A stretch of DNA of 64,000 bases, taken from contig DATGZA010000011.1 in NCBI GenBank assembly GCA_035297365.1, positions 1-64,000 of the forward strand, written 5' to 3'. The notes beneath the pieces are model-generated. The model had not been told where the DNA came from, searched no databases, and saw only the letters and a list, made by a program, of their open reading frames with translations. The stretch's first letter is position 1; every line of letters starts with the position of its first letter. Source of the stretch: Nitrososphaeraceae archaeon (GTDB lineage: Archaea; Thermoproteota; Nitrososphaeria; Nitrososphaerales; Nitrososphaeraceae). The translations under genes were made by a program, and so were the position numbers. Below are positions 1 through 10,353 of the stretch, in pieces.

Positions 1-60
1 ACCGGGAACAGGTCAACCGGGAACAGGTCAACCGGGAACAGGTCAACCGGGAACAGGTCA
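1..60 (+). repeat. 15-bp tandem repeat ACCGGGAACAGGTCA x4 (coding pentapeptide repeat)
   Basis: Four exact copies, truncated by the window edge. Confidence 0.95.
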
Positions 61-70
61 AGAAAGTTAA
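2..70 (+). CDS. 3' end of a gene entering from the left edge, ending in (PGTGQ)4-ES-stop
   Basis: Frame 2 reads PGTGQ four times, then GAA AGT TAA (68-70). Confidence 0.6.
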   Translation, partial: PGTGQPGTGQPGTGQPGTGQES

Positions 71-483
71 AAGATCAAAATAAGCTGGGTTATTAAATAT
101 ACGATTTAATTATATACTTCACTACAAAAATCTTACAAAAGAGTAACAAAAAAGATTTCACTTTTCAGATTGTATTTTTTTCTGAACCGCAAATTCACGT
201 TCAAAACATATGGTTGCCTCTGTTTAATCTTTAAACCAAATTTTGAAACGACTTGATTCATACTTTATACCCGGGTAAAGAAAAAATTAAAGATCTGAAT
301 AATCAGCAATCATAGAAAATAGGATATCTATGTGATTTATTGGCAGTCGATTTTACCCATAATAAATCCTTTGCTAGATCCCGGAATTTATCACAGACAT
401 GGCGCATTATTAAATATGTAACATAAAGTATTTCAATTTTATTTGACCAAAATTTATAAATTCATTCAATTTGGTTATAAAAT

Positions 484-749
484 ATGGTTTCGGAATTTAA
501 TGATGTCAATGTAACTGGAATAGATGTAAAAAGGGATTCCAAAACAGCAAAAGTATCTCTATGGGATGGTGGTCTTGATGTCGGATGGTATAGTATTACG
601 AATAATCATGACAGTGCATTTAATGGATGATAACTGTATTTACTGCAGCAATGTTTGGAAACAAGAAAGTGACGGTTGTATTTGGTGGCTCCTTTAGTGG
701 TGTGCCGCCTACAGATAAAGAAATTGAACATGTCGTTATGCCAGGATAG
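484..749 (+). pseudogene. Small beta-rich protein (~89 aa) split by a 1-nt frameshift near 627
   Basis: ATG484 MVSEFNDV...SAFNG-stop continues in the shifted frame as MITVFTAAMFGNKKVTVVFGG...VMPG-TAG749; not in the ORF track. Confidence 0.5.
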
Positions 750-951
750 TATCTTATAAGAAAATTGTAATAAGATCTAATATTCCTTTAAAATAGTAAA
801 ATATTAGAACAAGTTAATCTGACCACTTGTAACAAGAATTCGAGTCCTCCAAGCTTAACAACAGGATCTTATTCAACTAGTGATAATAAGCTATTTTTGA
901 GCTATTGTATATGACGCGTTAGTTTCAATAATCTTGACTCTATTTTTTTTC

Positions 952-1228
952 GGTGCTCTTAAGTTAAGACTATTTCGCCTCTTATATTGAATATTATTGT
1001 CTTTCTGATTTTGGTGTTATATAGATATATGAATAATTTGATCCAATTGTATACATGTGATAGATCACATTTTATACTATTCTTGGTACAATGATAGTAA
1101 TCATCAAAACATTCTGTGCTATCCTTAAAGTGTTGCATTACTCTTTCAATCAGACTTTTCTCGAATGGTGAATGTAATCGATGTTTCAGAACTTTAGTCA
1201 ATTTAACAGCACCTGCGAATATAAGCAA
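952..1228 (-). mobile_element. IS6-family transposase C-terminal remnant with one terminal inverted repeat
   Basis: HSPFEKSLIERVMQHFKDSTECFDDYY...HVYNWIKLF is homologous to the ORF at 49220; TIR-like GGTGCTCTTAAGTTAAG at 952-968. Confidence 0.75.
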
Positions 1229-1519
1229 AATTAATATCAGATTTTTTAGTACCTGTATTTTTCATGTCTGATGTTGTAAGAAGTGGGACTTTTGGTTATA
1301 CAATAAGATAGATTTATAGCAATTAAAAATCTATGCTAGGAAAATATTTGAAAGCTAATTAGACCTCTATCTTCCTTAGGTCTCACAAAATAAGTCTAAA
1401 TACTGCTTAAATAAACTTTATATTTAGAACTTTTTTCCCTAACTATATACTATTGTTATATAACATTAGTAAATATTAAAAAATTGATATACATACTATC
1501 TATAGACTATATAGGAAAA

Positions 1520-1654
1520 ATGAGTTTAGCTTCTTTCAGAACAAAAATCGATAAAAACATTAACAAAATACTACCATATGCGATCTATGGGTTTTCACTT
1601 GCATTTGTAGGGTTTCTTCTGATAGGTGTTATTAGTCATCATTTTGGTTTATAA
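1520..1654 (+). CDS. 44-aa single-pass membrane microprotein
   Basis: MSLASFRTKIDKNINKILPYAIYGFSLAFVGFLLIGVISHHFGL; basic N-terminus plus hydrophobic helix; shorter than any ORF in the track. Confidence 0.5.
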   Translation: MSLASFRTKIDKNINKILPYAIYGFSLAFVGFLLIGVISHHFGL

Positions 1655-1897
1655 AAATTAGATATACGTATACGTGTGTATATACATAGGTTAAAGATTT
1701 TTTATTTTTTTCATATATAATTATAGCTTAATTCGTTTTAAAACTTTGTTTATATAGTGATCAAAGTATAACTTTCTATCTTTACCTAAAAGTCATATAG
1801 AAGAAAAATATAATACATTCTTCTATAGATAATATATTTCTCTATGAAGAGAATAGTCAATAATTTATTATAATATATTTATGAAAGTGTTTTTACT

Positions 1898-2413
1898 ATG
1901 AAAAATGCATCAATATTCCTAACTATAGGAATTCTCTTAATAAGCGCAGCATTTCTTACATCTGTTCCTAGAAATGCAGTTGCTCAATCTGATACCATGA
2001 ACTATACAATGACAGAAGAAGATATCAAGACAAAAATCGCAGACTTTAAGGCAAAGCATCCAAAATTTGCTGCTATCGCTGAACAAATACCCACTCTAGA
2101 CCTGAAAGAAACTGTCAAAGCATACATTGCTACTGAAGGTATACAAAAAATGCTAAAATTCCACGCTAAAAATCTAGTTGAAGAAAAAGTAGGCAATCAA
2201 ACTAGTTCACCATTAGAAGAAATGATGACAGACGAACAGATTCAAGCAAAGGTAGCAGATTTCAAAGCAAAGCATCCAAAATTCACAGCTTTAGCTGAAG
2301 GAATATCTACTCTAGACCTGAAAGAAACTGCCAAAGGTTATTTTGCTGCTGAGGTATTGCAAAAACTATTAAAGGCACACGCTAAAAATCTAGTTGAAGA
2401 AAAAGTAATGTAA
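1898..2413 (+). CDS. Secreted protein with two ~70-aa internal helical repeats
   Basis: Signal peptide (..NAVAQ); repeat MTEE.I..K.ADFKAKHPKF...LDLKET.K.Y...LK.HAKNLVEEK twice; paralog at 4960. Confidence 0.85.
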   Translation: MKNASIFLTIGILLISAAFLTSVPRNAVAQSDTMNYTMTEEDIKTKIADFKAKHPKFAAIAEQIPTLDLKETVKAYIATEGIQKMLKFHAKNLVEEKVGNQTSSPLEEMMTDEQIQAKVADFKAKHPKFTALAEGISTLDLKETAKGYFAAEVLQKLLKAHAKNLVEEKVM

Positions 2414-2641
2414 GTAACTAAATTTTGGATATAAAAATATCTAAAATTTTTATATTTTTTTATTGTATTTTGAAGTATCAAATTATTGAGCTATATAAGA
2501 TCTTGTAAACTAGAAATATTATTATTTTGTTTTAATAAACACGTATATTTATTTTAAACACGTGTTGCTATTAAAACATATATTGTTACCAAAACAATAA
2601 CAACATATATATACAGGATAACTATCGCATGTATTCTATTA

Positions 2642-3217
2642 ATGATAAGAGAATCTGATTCAAAAACTCATGGATGGATGCGATTTGCCCAAATTGGTTT
2701 AGGAGCTATTGCAATTATTATATCCTTATTTGTTATAACATATCCTGGACTTACTACTGTATCTTTAGTATATTTTCTTTCCATTCTGTTCTTTATTGTA
2801 GGAATTGAGAAAATTATAACAGGGATTATCTTCAAGAGTAAGTCACGTCTTGCAAGTATAGGTTTGGGAGTTCTTGTTTTAATATTGGCTGGTTTGGCAT
2901 TAGCATTTCCAGTCAGTGCTACGTATATACTCGTACTGTTTGTTGCTTTAGCCTTGATGTTTGATGGTTTTGCTCGTATAGCCCACGGGATTGGTGAAAA
3001 ATCAGAGAGCAAATTCAATAGGTTCTTTAGTATAGGTGTAGGAATAATCTCTATTGCTATATCATCATATATAATGGCGTCACCACTATTTGGTTTTGCA
3101 TTTGTAGGCTTCTTAATAGGAATATCGATTTTTATAACTGGAATTCAAATTTTGGTGGCAGGCTTGAAAGGAAGAAAACTATCAATAGAAGCGACAAGAA
3201 TGGATGTTGAAAAATAA
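2642..3217 (+). CDS. HdeD/DUF308 family membrane protein
   Basis: About six TM helices with the repeated G..(A/S)I..S..I...P pattern. Confidence 0.8.
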   Translation: MIRESDSKTHGWMRFAQIGLGAIAIIISLFVITYPGLTTVSLVYFLSILFFIVGIEKIITGIIFKSKSRLASIGLGVLVLILAGLALAFPVSATYILVLFVALALMFDGFARIAHGIGEKSESKFNRFFSIGVGIISIAISSYIMASPLFGFAFVGFLIGISIFITGIQILVAGLKGRKLSIEATRMDVEK

Positions 3218-3414
3218 AATAGGAGTTACTATTTTAAATTTTTTAAATCTCATCTATTTATAGTATAGAAAAATTATTAGTATTATTATAGCTATATAAT
3301 TAAACAAAATATTATTTTTTTTGAAATTCTCAATTTGAACCTCTAAATTTGTACTGGGTCAACATTAAATTTATTTATTACAAATATATATGCTGTTAAA
3401 ATCTTTATGTTAAT

Positions 3415-4536
3415 ATGTTAAATAAATATAATAAAATATTAATCATTTCTTTATCCTTGTTGTTATTATTAGTTTCTACTCATATTTCATTAAAAACTGT
3501 AATTTCCAAATCTGATGATTCTTTTGAATTCTCATCAGAAGAATATTATGATACTAATGAATATAACGATAAAAGCTCTACACCAGATAAAAGTGAAAAC
3601 TCTGAAAGTACAGATTCCAAAAGTCAACTTATATCTTTTAAGGAAAAAAATGAACAGTTTGAAGATAAAAAAAATTCGTCTAATTTCAATTTTGCAATAG
3701 TTGGTGATTGGGGTTGCACTAAAGATACAAAGAAAACAGTAGATTCTATTGAAGACCACAATCCAGAGATAGTCTTCAGTCTTGGGGATACATCCTATGG
3801 CACTGATATGAATTGTTGGCTGGATATAGTTAAACCAATATCTGACAAAATGAAGACGATAGTTGGTAATCATGATTACATGTCGCCAACCATTTTTCAA
3901 CAATATATGGAAAACTTTGGATTATCAGGGCAATATTACTCGTTTGATTACAAGAACATACATTTTCTAATGATGTCTTCTGAATCTACATATAATGCTG
4001 GTGATGAAGATCGTTTCTCAGATATTGAAGAAACAGAACAATATGATTATGTTGATAAAGATTTGTCACAGGCATCAAAAAATCCTGATATAAAGTGGAT
4101 TATTGTTATGACACATAGACAGCAATATTCTTCACTTTGTGGACTTCATGACTCTTGTGATCCAATAAAAAAATTGAGAGATATCTACCATCCCCTGTTT
4201 GAAAAATATGGAGTTGATTTTTTATTTAGTGGACATGCTCATAATTATCAAAGAACATATCCTCTATCATATAATGAAAAAAATCCATCACAACCAATTA
4301 TTAACGATAATGCCAAAACTGAATACACATCCCCTAAAGGAATGTTTCAAATTATTGTAGGAACTGGTGGAGTTAATTTTGATCCTTTTACCAACCAAGA
4401 ACCTTATGTTGCATACCAGCAAGATTCTAGCTATGGATTTTTAAACGTCGATGTATCTGATAACGGAAATGCGTTAATAGGTAAATACTATTCCAATGAC
4501 GGCAAAGTATTAGATGAATTCAAAATAATTAAATGA
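3415..4536 (+). CDS. Secreted calcineurin-like metallophosphoesterase (purple acid phosphatase-like)
   Basis: GDWG, LGDTSY, GNHD and SGHAHNYQR motifs; N-terminal signal or anchor. Confidence 0.9.
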   Translation: MLNKYNKILIISLSLLLLLVSTHISLKTVISKSDDSFEFSSEEYYDTNEYNDKSSTPDKSENSESTDSKSQLISFKEKNEQFEDKKNSSNFNFAIVGDWGCTKDTKKTVDSIEDHNPEIVFSLGDTSYGTDMNCWLDIVKPISDKMKTIVGNHDYMSPTIFQQYMENFGLSGQYYSFDYKNIHFLMMSSESTYNAGDEDRFSDIEETEQYDYVDKDLSQASKNPDIKWIIVMTHRQQYSSLCGLHDSCDPIKKLRDIYHPLFEKYGVDFLFSGHAHNYQRTYPLSYNEKNPSQPIINDNAKTEYTSPKGMFQIIVGTGGVNFDPFTNQEPYVAYQQDSSYGFLNVDVSDNGNALIGKYYSNDGKVLDEFKIIK

Positions 4537-4959
4537 GAAAAATAGTATTTTATGTCTAATGTATCTGTAAAATGAAATTTTTATATTTATATTTAAGACT
4601 TACTAATTTTTATCTTCAACTTTAAGTGAAATTATTAACTAGTAATATTAAAAATGTTCTATAATAATCGATTTTATTAATAAAAGTAATAATGCCTGAT
4701 TATCATTCTTCACCAAGGTCGGTTTACAACTCATATAGTATGACTGAAGTCAGATTAGCTAAATATATGAATATGGTAATTTATTTGAGTTATATAAAAT
4801 CTTACGCATGTATAGATTTGTAAATTTATTACTATGTTATTGCTACATATTGTAATACTTTGCAATACTATGCAATATGTTTCCTTTATTCTTAATTATA
4901 TATAAATATATCTATTCCAGAGATACAGATCGTTATATACCTGTTATTATACACACATT

Positions 4960-5382
4960 ATGATGACAACCATTTTAGAAGATATTAAAATGACAAGAGA
5001 AGAATTAAAGTCAAAAGCATCAGAATTTAAAACAAACCATCCAAAGTATGCTACAATTGTTCAAGAAATTCCTAATCTTGATCTGAAAGAAACTTTCAGA
5101 GCGTATTTTGTAGCTGGAGTTTTACAGAGAATACTAAAAGCACATGCCAGAAATCTAGTTGAGGAAAAAATAACTGGTCAGAGTAGTTCACCGTTAGAGG
5201 ATTATATGACAGAAGAAGAAATCAAGACAAAAGTATCAGAAATCAAGACAAAGCATCCAAAATTTGCTACAATTGTTCAAGAAATATCGGGTCTTGATCT
5301 CAAACAAACTGTTAAAGGATATACCGCTGCTGAGATTTTACAAAGATTATTAAAAATCCATGGCAGAAACCTAGTTGAATAG
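4960..5382 (+). CDS. Cytoplasmic paralog of 1898..2413 (two-repeat helical protein, no signal peptide)
   Basis: HPK(Y/F)ATIVQEI..LDLK.T...Y..A..LQR.LK.H.RNLVE occurs twice. Confidence 0.85.
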   Translation: MMTTILEDIKMTREELKSKASEFKTNHPKYATIVQEIPNLDLKETFRAYFVAGVLQRILKAHARNLVEEKITGQSSSPLEDYMTEEEIKTKVSEIKTKHPKFATIVQEISGLDLKQTVKGYTAAEILQRLLKIHGRNLVE

Positions 5383-5740
5383 AAAATAATGTAACAAGAT
5401 AGTTACAAAGCTTTTTTATTTCCTAAATATCATTTGATATATTTTCTGTTGGAGAGAATTTTATTAATATTATCACGGCTTGCCTGTATCAATTCTTCAT
5501 TGTATTTGCATCTTTAATCTTTGTATAAAGAACAGGATCTAATTGATCTATAATCCATCTGTCCTGATCATAAAGCAATGGTCAACCAATTTTCAGGATT
5601 ATTCAATGATTGAGATACCTCCTCTTCTTTTATAATTACATTTATTATATTACTTTCTTCAAATATTTTTTTTAAATTATCATTATTACTAATTTTATCA
5701 CATAGATTATGAGATGATAAGAAGTCAGGTCTATACTTTT

Positions 5741-5960
5741 TTAATACCTATTCCAATGAGAATAGGCTGGTTCAAACGTTCTTGGTCCCGAATCAATAAC
5801 CGCTAACTTTCCTCCTGGTCTAACTAATCTCCACATCTGATCAATCTGTCTTTTCATGTTATCTGCAAAAAAGATGGCAAAAATACAAACTACAGCATCA
5901 AATTCACCATCGCAAAAATCAAGATTAGTCATGTCTCGATTACGAAATTCAATATCTTTA
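5741..5960 (-). pseudogene. Class I SAM-dependent methyltransferase fragment
   Basis: DMTNLDFCDGEFDAVVC...MWRLVRPGGKL; the SAM-binding N-terminus is absent. Confidence 0.65.
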
Positions 5961-5986
5961 AAAGATAAGATATTAAAAAATTAATA

Positions 5987-6553
5987 ATGATAATAATCAC
6001 TTTAAGTGGTGTCATTTTTCTTGTTATCCTCAATTTTTCTGTAATTACTAATATTTATGGACAAGAAGACAATAATAATACAACACAAAAAAAAACATTC
6101 TATTTTGAAGTTGAAATTCCAGATGATTGGATATATCGAAAGTTTTCGAATGCTTATGCTACAGGTCTTTTAGGGTTTGGTCCATCTAACTCTCTAGTTG
6201 CAATACCAGTAGAATATTGGGGTTCAAACACAAGTTATGCAGTTGCACAATTTAGACAAGATGCTTATTATGAAGTCAAAAATGCACCTCTTGATATATA
6301 TGTAAAATATAAGTTAGCCGAACAAAATGCAATGAAAGTTATTACGCAAAAAGATATAAATCTGGCTAATGAAACCTCAAGACAGATATATGCAGAAGGA
6401 ATTGGAAAATTTGAAGGATTCAAGTTCCTAGAATATTATGCATTTCATAATAAAGAACCATATATAATAGCATACTATGCATCTAATAACGTATATGAAA
6501 AATATCTTCCAGACTTTGAAAAAATGGTAAATTCATTCAAGTGGATAAATTGA
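5987..6553 (+). CDS. Secreted PsbP/DcrB-like beta-sandwich protein
   Basis: Signal peptide; FEVEIPDDW...YIIAYYA...YEKYLPDFEKMVNSF. Confidence 0.7.
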   Translation: MIIITLSGVIFLVILNFSVITNIYGQEDNNNTTQKKTFYFEVEIPDDWIYRKFSNAYATGLLGFGPSNSLVAIPVEYWGSNTSYAVAQFRQDAYYEVKNAPLDIYVKYKLAEQNAMKVITQKDINLANETSRQIYAEGIGKFEGFKFLEYYAFHNKEPYIIAYYASNNVYEKYLPDFEKMVNSFKWIN

Positions 6554-7131
6554 AAATAGTAAGTTATAAGGTATGGCCCTTATAGTTTTTATTATTTTTT
6601 GTTTCTAGTCTTGATACATTTATAGGATTACTGTCGGTCAAACCTTCAGACATTGCACTTAGTTCATCTTTTATCCTTCATTTTCTTTGTATAATTAAGT
6701 TCTCTTAAATTGAAGGCTATGCTCATTTTACAAAATATCGCTAGAGTAATAGATGAATATAACTACCAATAAATTAATAAATACATTCTCTAATCAAAGT
6801 TATACCAGTGTTTTTAGACTTACACACTATACCTTCTCTAGACTATGAAAAAGTTGAAGAATTAATAGGTTCCAAGGACGGGTTTGATGTTACCCCCATT
6901 AACATTCTCTTTAATACTGTCTGCAGGAGGCACCCAACAAAGAAGCAGTAGAAAAACATCATTCCAAATTCAATTTGAAATGTGAGTGGATTACAGAAGT
7001 AACTATGGCCAAAAGATAAAATAAAATATCGCTAGAGTAGAATAATAACTAATCGTGAAAGAATTTTTTATTCATGATAATACTCATTCATAACTTTTTT
7101 ATTACTATTAAGAAAATTATCTAACGAACTA

Positions 7132-7521
7132 ATGGTATCAAATAATGAATTTCATTCTGTTTTTATTGAAAATATAATCAATTGTAACCAGTCTATAAGA
7201 TGGGTAGCAATAACTGATCATAACGGTACTATTATAAATGAAAGAGTTAGAGAAGGGCTAAAGCTCTTCCTTAGCAAAGAAGAAAATAATGAGTTTGCAA
7301 AAAATTCAATAATTAGACATAAAGCAAGATTAAAATTTCAATCAAAAATGGGTAAATTAGTCTATGCATTTAGGAGATATGAAAACATGAGTAGATGTCT
7401 AATTCCAATCAATGAAAGTTATTACCTATTTTTTACTATGGATTTTGAGGAAAGTAATTTTGATAATATAATAATGGAAAAAATTATTCCTTTGATTCAA
7501 AAAGAAAAGAGAAATTTATAA
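7132..7521 (+). CDS. Thaumarchaeal roadblock/longin-like small protein (DUF6659-like)
   Basis: SIRWVAITDHNG...REGLKLFLS...GKLVYAFRRYE. Confidence 0.65.
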   Translation: MVSNNEFHSVFIENIINCNQSIRWVAITDHNGTIINERVREGLKLFLSKEENNEFAKNSIIRHKARLKFQSKMGKLVYAFRRYENMSRCLIPINESYYLFFTMDFEESNFDNIIMEKIIPLIQKEKRNL

Positions 7522-7854
7522 ATTAATAATTCTCTTTCGGGTTATTCGCATCTTATCTCTCTTCATCCTTCAACATTCTGAATCTATCATGGTAACACTT
7601 TTAGAAAATGATCTTTAGGTACAAAAAGAAATTATCAGCGTAACAATATCGCTAGAGTTATAAAATTATAATTATAATTTTATTTTTATCAAGTATTATG
7701 TTATTTTTACAATATAGATAATAACTCAGGACTCTTCCTCGACAGTAGGAATAACGAATAGCACTTAAATACGGATAGCAATAGACAGACACTTATAAAC
7801 GTTTTCAGTCCATTAGTAAAATAAATAAATAACATATTATGAGAATAAAATTTT

Positions 7855-8454
7855 CTAATCTCCTATTTTCAATGAAACCCTTTCTATTGCATCATCACAT
7901 AACCAGTTATTACAGTCATAGACATCCTTAGAAGTCTTTCCAATGACACGAATATCATTTTCAGAATATAAAAAATCGTTAATATAAAATTCTAGGTTCT
8001 GTCTCTTTCCATCAAAAACATTTATCTCTTCATTTTCATAGTTATTTGATGATCTTAATGATATAATTATAACATCCTTTGGTATATCTTGACCAATTTT
8101 TACATTCCCCTTTACTTCAAACGTAGGTTGTGTTTTCATATATTCATCCCATTCTTGCTCAGTGGAAACCTTTCCTAATTTGGATTAAATATCTTCTGTA
8201 GTTTTTTCTCATTCGGATTCTAACACTTTATCCAAAATACTGCTCACATCACTGGATCCACCTGTAATGACTATCTTTCTATTCGTTTGGCTATCTTCTG
8301 TTTCATCAATACTGATTTGTAGAGACCTGTGTTTCTTTCTTTTTGTTAACCTTGTTAAGTTCTTGTTGTTGGTAACTACTATCGTAAAAGTAAAAATTTA
8401 TGAAAATAAAACTGCTAAACAAATTATACAAGTTATTTTCTTTGTGGATAACAA
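7855..8454 (-). pseudogene. Decayed secreted or membrane-anchored protein; the tracked ORF 7855..8139 is its C-terminal part
   Basis: Same frame from TTG8454 (MLSTKKITCIICLAVLFS) with in-frame stops at 8398-8400, 8209-8211 and 8185-8187. Confidence 0.5.
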
Positions 8455-8497
8455 TTAATTTGATTACTTTATTATGGATATGATGTTTTTCATACTT

Positions 8498-8632
8498 AAA
8501 TAATTAACAAGATATGAGTTATTTAAGGTATCAAAGAACTGACATGGTTTATGAAAATAACTTTTTTTAAAAATAATTAACAAGATATGAGTTATTTAAG
8601 GTATCAAAGAACTGACATGGTTTATGAAAATA
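8498..8632 (+). repeat. Perfect 62-bp direct duplication (8498-8559 and 8571-8632)
   Basis: AAATAATTAACAAGATATGAG...GGTTTATGAAAATA twice, 11 bp apart; covers the 3' end of the receiver gene. Confidence 0.95.
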
Positions 8633-9039
8633 TCTTTTGCAACTTTTTTGCAGACGTAACATTCTTCTCCAAATTCTGGATGCATTTCTGCCAGGACTTT
8701 ATAATTTATTAATGATGATGTCATAAAACATATTTTAAATTCTTGTGGTGTATCTTCTACTCTTTTTGAAATGTCAAATAACTTATTATAAAGATCAAAA
8801 CCATCCATCATAGACATTCTAAAACCAATAAGAACTAGATCATAGTCTTGAGATCTAAAGTTTTGTTCTGCAAATTCTGGGTCATTGATTAAGGTTAGAT
8901 TGAAACCTTCTTCTTCCAACCATTTCTTATATCTTAAAGAAGTGTCAAGATCATCATCAACTATTAAGATATTTTTCAATATAATGTAATTAATAGTGCA
9001 GGTTATTAAAAAATGATATTTTAGAGAGCTGAATCCCAT
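8596..9039 (-). CDS. Single-domain response-regulator receiver (REC), atypical
   Basis: ILIVDDD, YDLVLIG(FRM), MDGFDL, ICFMTS; the real start may be the TTG near 8978. Confidence 0.85.
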   Translation of the reverse strand: MGFSSLKYHFLITCTINYIILKNILIVDDDLDTSLRYKKWLEEEGFNLTLINDPEFAEQNFRSQDYDLVLIGFRMSMMDGFDLYNKLFDISKRVEDTPQEFKICFMTSSLINYKVLAEMHPEFGEECYVCKKVAKDIFINHVSSLIP

Positions 9040-9083
9040 TATGACGAAATTCCAGAGATTTAATTTTTAACGAATAACGATAA

Positions 9084-9284
9084 GTGGGTCCTAGTAATAT
9101 TTCAAATATCAGAAACGCTATTAATAATATTAGTCATAGAAACAGAAATATGAACAATACATATTGCTATGGTTGCAATACTTCCATCTACTGGAATCCT
9201 GTAAAGGGAGAGTATTGGGAATTACACAAAAACAGGAATCAAGTATGCCCATATCTGCAGAAACAAGAGCAAGATATATACTAG
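9084..9284 (+). CDS. Small hypothetical Cys-containing protein
   Basis: CYGC...YW...CP; possible zinc ribbon. Confidence 0.4.
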   Translation: MGPSNISNIRNAINNISHRNRNMNNTYCYGCNTSIYWNPVKGEYWELHKNRNQVCPYLQKQEQDIY

Positions 9285-9362
9285 CAGTATTGTAACGACT
9301 TCAATACAGTGCACAGTGTACCTCATTATTAAATAGAAAGATGTTAAAGAAATTTCCTACAA

Positions 9363-9545
9363 TTGTATATAGAAGAAAAAAATAAAATAAAAAGTTATAC
9401 GACATTCATTATCGTAGCATTGATTATAGTGTTTATTTCAGCATTAGCAATAATATCAGTCTATGATCTTTTTGTTAATGACATTACAAATAATTTAACT
9501 GAACTTTGTGCACGATATGGCTTCCTTGTATCTCCAGGATGTTGA
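9363..9545 (+). CDS. Small single-pass membrane protein
   Basis: One TM helix followed by a C-terminal C-x9-C. Confidence 0.5.
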   Translation: MYIEEKNKIKSYTTFIIVALIIVFISALAIISVYDLFVNDITNNLTELCARYGFLVSPGC

Positions 9546-9644
9546 TGCCTTTATTTATATTTTGGAATTGATTAATTGCAATATAGATAACTCGTCATAT
9601 CATTAAATTTCAATTATAAATTAATTAATTAATTAATATAACAT

Positions 9645-10130
9645 ATGAAAAATTTCGTTTTTAGAGAATTCAAATTTACTGAAGGTAGACTAGTTGTATT
9701 TAGTTTAGTAGGAATGGTTCTAGTATTAGTTATATCTTTGATGTTAATTGGGAATGGAGTAGTCAGACATGTTGTGATCACATACAAGGAAGTAATTAAA
9801 GCAACAGTGGCATTCAAAAACATTGCTGGAGATATCAAGGTTGTTGGTATTATAGGAAATACTGGAATAAATCCTACATTAGTGTCTAGAACAGGGGAAA
9901 CACAATATAGTCTTACCGTCATTAATGAAGATAAAGAGCCACATATGCTTTACATTGATGGAATAAACGTTCATACAAAATTACTAAGATTTGGAGAAAA
10001 TGATACAATAACTATACGTCCAGATAAGGAAGGAACATACAATTACTATGATAGGGTTTTTTTGGAGAAAAATAATGGTTCAATAGTACCAATTGGCGAA
10101 TTCAAAACTTTGAGAGTAGCAGGAGATTGA
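9645..10130 (+). CDS. Membrane-anchored cupredoxin-like domain protein
   Basis: N-terminal TM; NPTL, NEDKEPHMLYID and EGTYNYY cupredoxin-like strands. Confidence 0.7.
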   Translation: MKNFVFREFKFTEGRLVVFSLVGMVLVLVISLMLIGNGVVRHVVITYKEVIKATVAFKNIAGDIKVVGIIGNTGINPTLVSRTGETQYSLTVINEDKEPHMLYIDGINVHTKLLRFGENDTITIRPDKEGTYNYYDRVFLEKNNGSIVPIGEFKTLRVAGD

Positions 10131-10353
10131 AAGAATTAGTCGAAGATATTGGAGAGTTTTTCTATTTCTTTTATTTATCAATCAGAATTAAAATTTTTAA
10201 TGTTTTATCAAACTGGGTGGATAGTAGTCTGGACATGCATTCCTACATGGTCCAGTTCGATAATTCTATGTTGTTATATTGACTTTATTCTTCCGTCTCT
10301 TTATTATTCTTGGTACAGGTTTGAAAAAAATTCCATAAATGGAACTTCATTTA

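Noticed and set aside
1-60. 15-bp tandem repeat as a CRISPR array
   Set aside because: No spacers; it is an in-frame coding repeat
2002-3018. Antisense ORFs 2002..2196 and 2668..3018, and similar shadows at 3535, 9629, 12369, 15116, 17122, 20165, 25614, 35765, 39825, 43276, 50066, 53603, 59882 and 62091
   Set aside because: They lie opposite well-supported genes and have no recognisable motifs
5380-5394. Amber read-through (pyrrolysine) at the end of 4960..5382
   Set aside because: A single G-to-T nonsense change explains it and no pyl genes are visible
6865-6950. GC-richer patch resembling a tRNA or att remnant
   Set aside because: No cloverleaf or convincing T-loop can be built
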